Positions 27,184 to 39,822 of a stretch of DNA of 64,000 bases are shown here, piece by piece. The stretch comes from Armatimonadota bacterium. GTDB lineage: Bacteria; Armatimonadota; HRBIN16. The position numbers were made by a program, and so were the translations under genes. The notes under the pieces are model-generated. The model saw nothing but the letters and a program-made list of their open reading frames with translations. It was not told the DNA's origin and searched no databases. The stretch covers positions 832,001 through 896,000 of the forward strand of contig OY781964.1 of the NCBI GenBank assembly GCA_963677485.1, written 5' to 3'. Within the stretch, counting starts at the first letter, position 1, and every line of letters starts with the position of its first letter.

Positions 27184-28335
27184 TTAGATCTGCTCCATCA
27201 TCTGACATATTCGTTGTCGCGGACAAGGGTAATTCGGTACATAACTTTGGAACTTCACAAACTCCACACCAGCATCCAGTGATGCCGCGGCTTTGGTTAG
27301 CGTGCGGATGATGATGCCCCCCAATACGCCGGATTCAATACTCATGCGAGCATGAAGCACCAGCACCCCAATTGTCACACCTTCGATATCTCCCTCGATT
27401 TCCGGACTTTGTGAAAACTTGCGAAGGTTGAATCCCACCATACGGCTGCCGCTTTTGAGCACAGCTTTCAAATGCATCACGTTGTGATTTCGTGTCGCCA
27501 TTTCGGCTTTCACCTGCTCAGACAGCATCCACAACAGCTCACTGGCTTTATAGCCGTTGGTCGCGGTGATATTCACAGTGGTTTGCAGCCATCCTACGGA
27601 GTTGTGGGATGCTTTGTGATCGACGGCCTCGATTTCGCGCATCACGCGCCCTGCCTCACCTTTGTGAGACATCACCAACTCCACCAGCTCCTCGATGCCA
27701 TCACCGCGGATTGCGGAGACCATCAGGCATTTGGTATTTGGATATAACTCTTTGGCATTATTTTCCATGGTGTCGATTTCGTTGGCGGTGAGGATATCAG
27801 CCTTATTGATCAGCAGCACATCAGCCTCTTGCACCTGTGCGCGATACATGCTGAGAAGATCGGCGGAGATTCCTCGGACCTCTTTGCTGATGAGCAGCTC
27901 GTAGGCACGTTCGGGGTCCAGCACCATCATGAATGGCAAAACCTGAAAAGTAGCGCCGTAGAACTGTTTCAGGGGCGTAATGACTGTCGCCACGATATCG
28001 GCGCAACTGCCCGTAGGCTCACACAGAAGCACATCGGGGTTTTGGTCCAGAATAGTGTCCGTAGCATCTACCAGGTCGCTAAAGCGCGCACTGAAACATC
28101 CACCTGCCATCTCCGCAATCGGCATACCGAAGTATCCCTCAATCACATCCTCTACGGTATGGCCAGTCCGTCCACTTGACACAAGACCTACATTCAATCC
28201 ATCGTTTATCAACCGGCGTGCAATCGCGCCCAGAACGCGTGATTTCCCCGCACCCAGGAAACCGCCAATAAACAGCACCTTGACCCGCTTTGTCTTGCGG
28301 TCGGCTGATTGATTTTCGTTAGATAAAGACATCAT
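27184..28335 (-). CDS. CobW/HypB/UreG-family (G3E) P-loop GTPase
   Basis: GGFLGAGKS, GCF, EPTGSC, NKAD and VSA motifs. Confidence 0.8.
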   Translation of the reverse strand: MMSLSNENQSADRKTKRVKVLFIGGFLGAGKSRVLGAIARRLINDGLNVGLVSSGRTGHTVEDVIEGYFGMPIAEMAGGCFSARFSDLVDATDTILDQNPDVLLCEPTGSCADIVATVITPLKQFYGATFQVLPFMMVLDPERAYELLISKEVRGISADLLSMYRAQVQEADVLLINKADILTANEIDTMENNAKELYPNTKCLMVSAIRGDGIEELVELVMSHKGEAGRVMREIEAVDHKASHNSVGWLQTTVNITATNGYKASELLWMLSEQVKAEMATRNHNVMHLKAVLKSGSRMVGFNLRKFSQSPEIEGDIEGVTIGVLVLHARMSIESGVLGGIIIRTLTKAAASLDAGVEFVKFQSYVPNYPCPRQRICQMMEQI

Positions 28336-28356
28336 GCACCTCGCGTTACAGTGGTT

Positions 28357-29430
28357 TCAAGCCACAGTCTGATAGAAAGTGTTTCTTTTGACGGCTGTGT
28401 AGCCGGCTTGTTGTATTAATTGTTCCATATCTTCAACGGCTGGTATGTAGCGGTTTCCTTTCGCACTGACCACATTTTCCTCAAACATGGTCGAGCCAAA
28501 GTCATTCACCCCATATGTGAGTGATATCTGGGCCACCTTAGGCCCCTGGGTTAAGATACTCACCTGGATATTCGGTATGTTGTGCAGCATAATTCTGGCA
28601 ACCGCCACCATTCTTAAATAATCCGATGTTCCCGTTGGCGGCAGGTGCGATAATCTGGTCTCCTCAGGTTGGAAGGGCCAGCAGATAAAGGCTCGGAAAC
28701 CGCCGGTTTCGTCCTGCAGCTCACGGATGCGTCTGAAGTGTTCAATACAGTGTTCCGGCTCCTCTACATGACCATACATCATCGTGGCCGTCGAGCCTAG
28801 TCCGGCTAGATGCACCTCACGCATGGTGTTGATCCAGTCATCCGAACTGATCTTATTCTTCGATATCTTCTGGCGAACACTATCTACAAGAATCTCCGCT
28901 CCAGCACCCGGCACCGACTGCAACCCCGCGTCTTTCAAACGCAAAATCACATCACGTAAAGGCATGGCACCAATGCGGCTCAGGTGCATCAGCTCTGCTG
29001 GAGATAAGGCGTGGATCACCACCTGCGGGTAGAGCTGGCTCACTTGTTTGAAAATGCCCTCGTAGTAGCTGACACCGAGTTGGGGGTTAAGGCCGCCCTG
29101 TATTAACACCTCGTTGCCGCCAGATTCCGCCAACTCCTGTACCTTACTTAACACCGTGTGGGGTTGTAAATAGTAGCTGTCTTCATCAAGCGCACGCCGA
29201 GAAAACTGGCAGAACTCACAGCGGCACCAGCAGATGTTGGTTGTGTTGATAATACGCCCTATTACATAACCAACCTGTTTGTTTGGATGTATGTGCAAGC
29301 GCATCATGTCAGCTAATGCCCCAACAGCCGGAAGGTCAGGCTGTTGAAGCAGCCATAATCCTTCTTCAAGGCTGATCGCCCGCTGTCCAATCTGTTCGGC
29401 AATCTGAAAAAAACTGTGTGACTTGCTCAA
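28357..29430 (-). CDS. mqnC: CofH/MqnC-family radical SAM protein, probable cyclic dehypoxanthinyl futalosine synthase
   Basis: TNICWCRCEFC (CxxxCxxC), QGGLNP, PGAGAEIL, TATMMYGH, FICWPFQ and NDFGSTMFEENVV motifs. Confidence 0.78.
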   Translation of the reverse strand: MSKSHSFFQIAEQIGQRAISLEEGLWLLQQPDLPAVGALADMMRLHIHPNKQVGYVIGRIINTTNICWCRCEFCQFSRRALDEDSYYLQPHTVLSKVQELAESGGNEVLIQGGLNPQLGVSYYEGIFKQVSQLYPQVVIHALSPAELMHLSRIGAMPLRDVILRLKDAGLQSVPGAGAEILVDSVRQKISKNKISSDDWINTMREVHLAGLGSTATMMYGHVEEPEHCIEHFRRIRELQDETGGFRAFICWPFQPEETRLSHLPPTGTSDYLRMVAVARIMLHNIPNIQVSILTQGPKVAQISLTYGVNDFGSTMFEENVVSAKGNRYIPAVEDMEQLIQQAGYTAVKRNTFYQTVA

Positions 29431-29544
29431 AATCGCATTTCCTAGTATCTTATGGAAGTATTATACCTTGCCAGAGGCATGCATCAGGGGTTTGTTGCTC
29501 CGGTTGCACCATAAATGGCATAACATATTGGGAGGAACCAACTT

Positions 29545-29886
29545 ATGGATGCTGTTCGTATCACTCGGCTTGTAAGAACCGCCACTTCAGAGATATACCT
29601 TTTGTGGATCGACGATGATCGCGTTGGTCAGATTGACCTGCATTACGCGGATGCCACCATCTACGCTACCGTGTTGCTTGAAAAGCCTGAAGCCATAGAC
29701 CAGGACGCATTAGTGGCACAAATCGACGACGAATTAGTGAGTAGCTACTCCGCACGATTTGAACGTGAGAACTTCGTGGTCACCATCTTCCAGGCTCACG
29801 AAGTCGGACGATGCGAAGATCCGATGATCGACGCACTTGAAGATTTCGATGAGAGCGACGACAGTCCACTGGATGACGACGAGTAA
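29545..29886 (+). CDS. Hypothetical acidic protein (113 aa)
   Basis: GGAGG RBS, Asp/Glu-rich tail, 2 bp upstream of the next gene. Confidence 0.7.
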   Translation: MDAVRITRLVRTATSEIYLLWIDDDRVGQIDLHYADATIYATVLLEKPEAIDQDALVAQIDDELVSSYSARFERENFVVTIFQAHEVGRCEDPMIDALEDFDESDDSPLDDDE

Positions 29887-29888
29887 CC

Positions 29889-30770
29889 ATGCCGCACATA
29901 ACCTGCAGGAGGATTGCTACACACCGTGGCCCTGGCGCATTTACGCTGATTGAACTCCTAGTCTCCATAGCCATTATATCGACTTTGGCTGCGATTCTCC
30001 TACCAACGCTCATACAATCTAAGCAGAAGGCACTTCAAACAAAGTGCATGAGTAATATGAAGCAAATCGCACTGGCGACGATGCTCTATTGCGACGACTA
30101 CGACGGTGTGATGCCCCTGGCTGCCCCGATTACCCCGGATGGCCGCCGAGTATACACTTTGGACCATTACACCGTGCCCGCCGGCTGGGGAGACAACGGT
30201 CACCCTGCTGGATTAGATATAGGCGGAACCCTCAACATTCTCAACCCTTACATCAAAAGCCACACGATGTGGAGCTGTCCCAGCGGAGTGGACCGCGGTC
30301 CGAACCGTGCTTATCCCCCTGTCTCAGGCGATCTAAGCAGGGCTTGGGGCGTCAGCTACCCATACAATGGATACCTCAACGCCTATCGATCAGAAGATAT
30401 CACATCACCCAGTAACCTTGTGGTTTTCTGGGAAGGCTACGGTCTGGAGCGTAACCGCGGATATGCCACATCGCGCCCTAGTCTGTCATGCCAAAGCATG
30501 GGCATCGATGCTGAGGGATGCCGCTTCAAGCTGGTCAAAGGCACCGAGGACTGGCAGGGTGTCAGCACAGTGTGGGTGCACACCGGTAATGTGCAGAACA
30601 GCGTGCGCGCTGATGGCAGTGCCCACGCCATACGACTGGGCACCAACCCCATCAACAATGACCCCACATATGACCCATGCCTAAACTACGATGAGACCGG
30701 CCGATGCACGAAGATGAGCCTGGATAGCGATGGCTATGTGCCCTATTTCAGGCCAGATAACCGGTTCTAG
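29889..30770 (+). CDS. Prepilin-type N-terminal cleavage/methylation protein (DUF1559 / H-X9-DG-like)
   Basis: A|FTLIELLVSIAII...ILLP, CMSNMKQIALA..Y..DYD, WSCPS, SY..N and C-terminal H-x10-DG. Confidence 0.88.
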   Translation: MPHITCRRIATHRGPGAFTLIELLVSIAIISTLAAILLPTLIQSKQKALQTKCMSNMKQIALATMLYCDDYDGVMPLAAPITPDGRRVYTLDHYTVPAGWGDNGHPAGLDIGGTLNILNPYIKSHTMWSCPSGVDRGPNRAYPPVSGDLSRAWGVSYPYNGYLNAYRSEDITSPSNLVVFWEGYGLERNRGYATSRPSLSCQSMGIDAEGCRFKLVKGTEDWQGVSTVWVHTGNVQNSVRADGSAHAIRLGTNPINNDPTYDPCLNYDETGRCTKMSLDSDGYVPYFRPDNRF

Positions 30771-30818
30771 GGGAGGAGACAGGAGCGAAGGAGAGTAGGA
30801 GAGTATGAAAGTAACTTG

Positions 30819-30988
30819 GTTGGCTATGTCCGGGGCGGTCTGTCAGTACGCTTGCGGAGGCCACTGTCTATAGACCGCGCCGGTCTTGTTCCTGGCACAA
30901 ATCTTTTATGGCTATCCGCCAGACCGGCGCGGTCTTGAGCCGTCTGTAGCTGATAGCCTGCGCACAGACCGCCCCGGACATAGGCAAC
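30819..30988. repeat. ~170-bp palindromic REP-doublet (REPIN/MITE-like)
   Basis: Perfect 20-bp inverted repeat at 30824-30843 / 30964-30983; inner 15-bp inverted repeat at 30872-30886 / 30921-30935. Confidence 0.85.
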
Positions 30989-31083
30989 GATATGCTGCAA
31001 TAGAGGCGAACAGCCATCCGCATATCACTCTGTCGCCTCAGCGTGATGCGTAAGTGACAGTCTGGGCTGCCGTGTCAGCCTCC

Positions 31084-31347
31084 CCTCCTGCTCTCCTGCC
31101 CTCCTTCCCTCCTGCTCTCCTACCTCCTGCTCTCCTACCTCCTGCTCTCCTACCTCCTGCTCTCCTACCTCCTGCTCTCCTACCTCCTGCTCTCCTACCT
31201 CCTGCTCTCCTACCTCCTGCTCTCCTACCTCCTGCTCTCCTACCTCCTGCTCTCCTACCTCCTGCTCTCCTACCTCCTGCTCTCCTACCTCCTGCTCTCC
31301 TACCTCCTGCTCTCCTACCTCCTGCTCTCCTACCTCCTTCCTTCCCT
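31084..31347. repeat. Tandem repeat, 15 perfect copies of CCTCCTGCTCTCCTA (31108-31332) with degenerate flanks
   Basis: Directly visible; no spacers between units. Confidence 0.97.
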
Positions 31348-31416
31348 CTGTGGTACACTTTAATCACGTGACAATCTGAGAATTCAACCAATTATTTCCC
31401 TCGGAGGAGACACCTA

Positions 31417-31746
31417 ATGAGCAAGGCGCAGGCTGTAACAGCCGCTGATTTTGATACCGTAGTGATGAAGAGCCAGATACCCGTAGTAGTGGATTTCTGG
31501 GCAGAATGGTGCAGCCCCTGCCGCGCACTGGCCCCCACGCTGGACCAACTGGCGATTGATTTCGATGGCAAGATATTGGTAGTTAAGGTTAACGTTGACC
31601 AGGAGCCCGATCTGGCTATGAACTACAACGTGCAGAGCATCCCCACCCTGCTGTTTGTGAAGAATGGTGAGCTGCAGGATCAAGCCGTCGGCAACCTCGC
31701 GCTCAACAAGCTGCACGATATCGTAAACAAAGTGCTTGCGAGCTAA
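31417..31746 (+). CDS. trxA: Thioredoxin
   Basis: VVVDFWAEWCSPCR, KVNVD and SIPTL motifs; GGAGG RBS. Confidence 0.93.
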   Translation: MSKAQAVTAADFDTVVMKSQIPVVVDFWAEWCSPCRALAPTLDQLAIDFDGKILVVKVNVDQEPDLAMNYNVQSIPTLLFVKNGELQDQAVGNLALNKLHDIVNKVLAS

Positions 31747-31750
31747 ACAC

Positions 31751-32983
31751 TTGGCCAAAATCACAGCATTTCGCGGTATACGCCCTGCGGCAAACACATC
31801 GGTCGACAGCTTTGTAGCCCCTCCCTACGACGTGATCTCCCCCGCACAGCGGGAAGCGTACCGGTCTAAGGGCACCAGCTTTACCGAGTTGACCCTTCCA
31901 GACAGCTACCCCATCGCGGCCGAAACACTCAAGCGGTGGATCGCGGAGGGGGTGCTGAAGCAGGACGACCAGCCCAGTTACTACCTCTACGAGCAACTGT
32001 TCGACGTGAGCGGCAAACAATACCGCCGATTAGGGTTGTTCTGCTTGCTTCAGTTGGCCGAGTATTCTGAGGGTGTCGTGTTCCCGCATGAAAACACCCA
32101 GAGCGGTGCCAAAGCCGACAGGCTGGAGCTGCAGAAGGCCACCAAAGCCAATCTGGAGCCCATCTACCTGCTGGGTGAAGATGCGCAAGGCGAACTGCAG
32201 TCGCTGCTGGAGAAATGGGCCGACCAACTGTCGCCCATCGCCGCCACACAGCAGCCCGATGGCTGGCACAAGCTGAGCATCATCAACGATCCGGAGAAGG
32301 TGGCCTTGGTCACTAAGGTGGTGGGCCCACAGAGGCTTTGGATCGCCGATGGTCACCATCGCTACGAGACCGCCTTGAACTACCGCCGTGAAGTGGGCGG
32401 AGCCAGCACAGAAAACATGATGCTGGTCATCAGCTCCTTCAAGGACCCCGGTTTGGTGATCATGCCGACCCACAGGCTGATTGAAGCGGTGCCGGCTGGT
32501 AGTTACGAGAAGATGCTGACCGAATTGGCGGGCAACTTCAACGTGGCCACCTGCACGGCAGACGATGCCTGGGAGAAGCTCAACGCGATTGAGGGCAACC
32601 GCTGCTTTGCCTATGTGGGCAAAGATGGCCGCGCCTTCACCGCTGACTTAAAAGCTGAGGCCGGCCTCACGACAATCATGCCCGAAGACACCCCTGTGGA
32701 CTTCCACAAGCTGGACACCGCTCTGCTGCAGTTCTGCGCTTTGCAGCCGCTGCTAGGCATATCGGAAGAGCAGTTACGCCAGAAGAAGGGCATCCACTAC
32801 ACCCCGAAGGCCTCCGAGGCTCTAGATTCGTTGAAGAACGGCGAAGCCGAGGGTGTATTCCTGCTGAAGGGCATTTCGGTGGAGCAGATGCGGCTGGTCG
32901 CTTTGGCCGGCTGTAAGATGCCGCCGAAGTCCACCTACTTCTACCCCAAGCTCATCAGCGGCATCGTGTTCCGTCAGATATAG
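31751..32983 (+). CDS. DUF1015 family protein
   Basis: APPYDVIS, PHENT, IADGHHRYETA, PTHRL and MPPKSTYFYPKL motifs; TTG start just after the trxA stop. Confidence 0.88.
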   Translation: MAKITAFRGIRPAANTSVDSFVAPPYDVISPAQREAYRSKGTSFTELTLPDSYPIAAETLKRWIAEGVLKQDDQPSYYLYEQLFDVSGKQYRRLGLFCLLQLAEYSEGVVFPHENTQSGAKADRLELQKATKANLEPIYLLGEDAQGELQSLLEKWADQLSPIAATQQPDGWHKLSIINDPEKVALVTKVVGPQRLWIADGHHRYETALNYRREVGGASTENMMLVISSFKDPGLVIMPTHRLIEAVPAGSYEKMLTELAGNFNVATCTADDAWEKLNAIEGNRCFAYVGKDGRAFTADLKAEAGLTTIMPEDTPVDFHKLDTALLQFCALQPLLGISEEQLRQKKGIHYTPKASEALDSLKNGEAEGVFLLKGISVEQMRLVALAGCKMPPKSTYFYPKLISGIVFRQI

Positions 32984-33020
32984 CGCTGTTTGGCTGTAAA
33001 AGCCGCGTACAGCATCACCG

Positions 33021-33059
33021 CAGTCCCCTGGCCGTTTCCGGCCAGGGGGCTGTTGTTTT
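33021..33059 (+). terminator. Intrinsic terminator
   Basis: CAGTCCCCTGGCCG-TTTC-CGGCCAGGGGGCTG-TTGTTTT. Confidence 0.75.
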
Positions 33060-33174
33060 CTGGTGAGATAGGAGAACAGGAGCAAAGGAGGGGCTGCCAT
33101 CCTACTCGTCCTACTCGTCCTAGCTGTCCTGTGCTGCAAGGTTGTCTCACGCGAAGCTGCGAAGAGCGCGAAGG

Positions 33175-34638
33175 CTATTCCGCCTTCATGCACCGGAAGC
33201 CCACGTGGGAATTTCGGTCATAGCCAATGCTGAGGCTCATTCGCAGATAACTGCGCAGGTAGTTGTCGTTGTTGGCGTCGTCCCACGCCCCTCCGCGTAT
33301 GACACCATAATCACCGTTCACAGCACCCGGAGGGTTGATATTGGGTGCCGATTGGTAGTAAGTCGCATCCCATCCATCCGAAACCCATTCATCCACGTTG
33401 CCTGCCATGTCCATGCACCCGTAGGGGCTGGCGCCATCGGCGAAACTACCCACTGGCTCAGGGCTGATGAGTGCGGTCACAAAGCTGTTCGCGCATTTCG
33501 ATGCGTCCCATGTGTTACCCCATGGAAACACGCGTCCGTCGGTGCCTCTAGCCGCTTTTTCCCACTGGGCCTCCGTGGGAAGGGCACCCCCAGCCCACGC
33601 ACAATAAGCGGCGGCGTCCGCTTTACCCACATACACGATCGGGTAGTCATCGACCCATCCCCAAACTGGCTTAGTCGGTATCCCATGACCAGTTGCGGTA
33701 CAGAACTGGCGATACTGGGCCACAGTGACCTCATTCTTGTAGATCCAGAACCCATCAATCGCAACCGACCTCAGGGGTTTTTCGTTCGCCATACCGGTGG
33801 CATTAGTTCCCATTAGGAACGAGCCAGCGGGCACCCACACCATTGCTGCGCCGTCGGTGGGGTTGAGTTTAGTCACGGGTTGTGGGCCGATGTCACCCAA
33901 GGCTCCAAAGGTGCGGTCGACCATCGTGTAGTCGAACAAGTTGACCTGTCCATCACCGTTGAGATCAGCCATCCTGTCTGCCGTACCCCACTTGGTATCG
34001 AGCACCACAAAGTCAAACAGGTTGATACTGTTTCCGCCATCCGCATCGCCGTTGGTTAATGAGGTGTTGACACCGCCCACGCCATCCACAGTGACATCCT
34101 TAACGATTCTGTTTAGCCAGTGACTGCCAAAAAGGCTGAACGCATAACTTCCTGGCTGTATCCCGTTGACAGTCGATTCACCGCTGTCGTTGAGGATCGA
34201 CTGTCCTGTGTAAGGTTGGGGACCATCCAGGCTGTAGTTCACCGAGATGCCACTCAGGCTCCCCAGATATCCAACACCTGGGTCGACCTTAACACTCAGT
34301 GAGGAGAGCTCATAAACCGTAAAGTCCGTCTCGCTTGTCGCCTCTCCATCGGGAGTGGTGACAGTCACCTTTCCCGTGACAGCCCCTACTGGCACCGTCG
34401 CTGTGATGTAGTTGTCATTGATGACGGTGAAGGCTGCTGTATGGCCGCTATAAGCCACAGCCGTGGCCGATGATAGGCCGCTGCCCATGATGGTGATGGT
34501 ATGCCCTACCTGACCGCTGGCTGGCGTTAGGCTGACGATAACGGGTAGTAGACTACCGGAATACGCAGGATATGCTAATGTAAGACAGATCAGCAATATA
34601 CCCCACACGCGTGACACCTTACCGATTGATCTTCGCAT
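33175..34638 (-). CDS. Secreted protein: IPT/TIG + dockerin-like EF-hand pair + FGE-sulfatase (SUMF1) domain
   Basis: Signal peptide; TITIMGSGL...VPVGAVTGKVTVTT (IPT); GDADGGNSINLFD/DLNGDGQVNLFD (dockerin-like); FLMG, EVTVAQY, LPTEAQWEKAARG, DMAGNVDEW, RGGAW and GFRC (FGE). Confidence 0.88.
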   Translation of the reverse strand: MRRSIGKVSRVWGILLICLTLAYPAYSGSLLPVIVSLTPASGQVGHTITIMGSGLSSATAVAYSGHTAAFTVINDNYITATVPVGAVTGKVTVTTPDGEATSETDFTVYELSSLSVKVDPGVGYLGSLSGISVNYSLDGPQPYTGQSILNDSGESTVNGIQPGSYAFSLFGSHWLNRIVKDVTVDGVGGVNTSLTNGDADGGNSINLFDFVVLDTKWGTADRMADLNGDGQVNLFDYTMVDRTFGALGDIGPQPVTKLNPTDGAAMVWVPAGSFLMGTNATGMANEKPLRSVAIDGFWIYKNEVTVAQYRQFCTATGHGIPTKPVWGWVDDYPIVYVGKADAAAYCAWAGGALPTEAQWEKAARGTDGRVFPWGNTWDASKCANSFVTALISPEPVGSFADGASPYGCMDMAGNVDEWVSDGWDATYYQSAPNINPPGAVNGDYGVIRGGAWDDANNDNYLRSYLRMSLSIGYDRNSHVGFRCMKAE

Positions 34639-34798
34639 CTGAACACTCCCTCATGGGTTGGCCCATGGCACTCTATTCAGGTCACCGGTGGTTCACACGC
34701 GCTATCCTGGGTGAACCGTTAATCACATTATGCGCGTTCACATCGGATACCACAACCACTGACGGTGCTTTCGGGTGAGGCGTTGATATTCCTGTGCA

Positions 34799-34951
34799 TT
34801 CGTGGTTAAGGTGGCCTTAGTCTGAACCACGGATTACGCGGATTGGGAGGATGACACGGATGGGAAGCAGAGGGCCAATCGGGAGATTGGCGTTCCCAGG
34901 GCAGATAAGGGGCGACCGGTTGGTCGCCCCGCATGGCAAGGCGTGCCTTGT

Positions 34952-34952
<1 letters not shown>
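34799..34952. repeat. Cluster of four different REP-like palindromes
   Basis: TTCGTGGTT/AACCACGGA, GCCAATC-GGGA-GATTGGC, GGGGCGACC-GGTT-GGTCGCCCC and GGCAAGGC-GT-GCCTTGTC lie back to back. Confidence 0.6.
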
Positions 34953-38101
<3,149 letters not shown>

Positions 38102-38120
38102 TTAATAACACTATATATTG

Positions 38121-39782
38121 TTACGACAGACCGGTGATAATCCCCTGCCCATCAATGTCGATTTTCTCAGCAGATGGTATAGTAGGCAGGCCAGGCATAG
38201 TCATGATGTCTCCGGCATAAACCACTACAAACCCCGCCCCAGCGCATAGTTTCGCATCCCGGATGGTGATTTTGAAGCCGCTGGGTCGATTCGTCAGTTT
38301 GGCATTGTCAGACAAGGAGTATTGCGTTTTTGCGATGCAGACCGGCAGATTCCCAAAACCACTCTGCTCCATCTCGCGAAGCTTCTTGCGTGCCGAGGGG
38401 TGTACCACAGCACCTTCAGCTCCATAAAAGTTCATGGCAATACTTTCAATCTTCTCTTCTAGACCAAGATGCTCACTATAGCTGTGATGGAACTGGCTGG
38501 GCTGCTGTAACTGCTCCATGACCAGCGTTGCGAGCTCGATACCGCCTTCGCCGCCCTTTTCCCAAACCTCACTCAGGGCCACCGCTACGCCCATCTTCTT
38601 GCAGCCTGATTTGACCGCACGCACCTCTTCGTCAGTATCTGAAGGGAAGCGGTTGATCGCCACTACGGGCTCAAGGCCCACACAACGCACATTTTCGCAG
38701 TGCTTCTTCAGGTTAGCCAGTCCACGTATCACGGCTTTGCTGTCACTCGTCAGCAAGTCGGCATGTGCCACACCACCGTGCATCTTGAGCGCGCGGATGG
38801 TGGCCACCACAACCACGGCGTCGGGTTTCAGTTTTGCGACTCGGCATTTAATATCAAAAAACTTCTCTGCACCAAGGTCGCTTCCGAAACCAGCTTCAGT
38901 CACCACGACATCACAGAGGTTCAAGGCCATTTTTGTGGCGGTGATGCTGTTGCAGCCATGAGCGATATTCCCAAATGGCCCGCCGTGTATGAAAGCCGGC
39001 GTTCCTTCCAATGTCTGCACAAGGTTCGGCTTGATGGCATCCTTAAGCAGCACTGCCATGGCACCGGCGGCTCCCAGTTGCTCAGCGGTGACCACATGCC
39101 CATTTTGGTTTCGTCCGATGATGATGCGCCCCAGACGTGCTCTCAGATCTTGAAGATCGGCTGCGAGACACAAGGTGGCCATCACTTCGCTGGCTGGGGT
39201 GATATCGAACCCAGCTTCACGCGGCACGCCGTTGTTCTGTCCGCCCAATCCCACGACGATACTGCGCAGTGCGCGGTCATTCATGTCCATGACCCTGGTC
39301 CAGCTGATGCGGAAGGGGTCGATATGCAGGTGGTTGCCATGATGAAGGTGGTTATCAATCATCGCGGCCAGCAGATTATGCGCGGTGGTGATGGCATGGA
39401 AGTCACCGGTGAAGTGCAGGTTGATGTCCTCCATCGGGATCACCTGCGCGTAACCACCTCCCGCCGCCCCGCCTTTGACGCCAAAACAAGGACCTAATGA
39501 TGGTTCACGAAGTGCGATTCCCACATTCACACCCAGTTTCGCGAGTGCATCTCCCAACCCCACTGAAGTGGTGGTCTTCCCCTCACCTGCGGGTGTGGGC
39601 GTGATAGCGGTCACCAGCACCAGCTTACCCGGTTCCCTCTGGTTATTGGCAGCCTCCAAGGCCACTTTCGCTTTGGTGTGCCCGTATCGCTCAAGATGCT
39701 CATCTGCGATACCAAGCTTTTCGGCTACTTCATGAATAGGGATAGGTCGTGCCTTTTGGGCTATCTCAACGTCTGTCAGCAT
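38121..39782 (-). CDS. fhs: Formate--tetrahydrofolate ligase
   Basis: [51 protein letters not shown] and AKTQYS motifs. Confidence 0.97.
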   Translation of the reverse strand: MLTDVEIAQKARPIPIHEVAEKLGIADEHLERYGHTKAKVALEAANNQREPGKLVLVTAITPTPAGEGKTTTSVGLGDALAKLGVNVGIALREPSLGPCFGVKGGAAGGGYAQVIPMEDINLHFTGDFHAITTAHNLLAAMIDNHLHHGNHLHIDPFRISWTRVMDMNDRALRSIVVGLGGQNNGVPREAGFDITPASEVMATLCLAADLQDLRARLGRIIIGRNQNGHVVTAEQLGAAGAMAVLLKDAIKPNLVQTLEGTPAFIHGGPFGNIAHGCNSITATKMALNLCDVVVTEAGFGSDLGAEKFFDIKCRVAKLKPDAVVVVATIRALKMHGGVAHADLLTSDSKAVIRGLANLKKHCENVRCVGLEPVVAINRFPSDTDEEVRAVKSGCKKMGVAVALSEVWEKGGEGGIELATLVMEQLQQPSQFHHSYSEHLGLEEKIESIAMNFYGAEGAVVHPSARKKLREMEQSGFGNLPVCIAKTQYSLSDNAKLTNRPSGFKITIRDAKLCAGAGFVVVYAGDIMTMPGLPTIPSAEKIDIDGQGIITGLS

Positions 39783-39822
39783 ATTATGTCCTTGTATCTG
39801 TGATGGTGGTCAACAATATAGT

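Noticed and set aside
27177-27190. c-di-AMP (ydaO) riboswitch upstream of the KimA-like gene
   Set aside because: Only 6 bp separate it from the upstream gene, leaving no room.
31084-31347. Possible CRISPR array, or real PPALL/RRAGG repeat proteins (ORFs 31054-31371 + and 31038-31391 -)
   Set aside because: Units are contiguous with no spacers and no cas genes are nearby. The ORFs exist only because a stop-free 15-mer is repeated, and they lack a convincing RBS.
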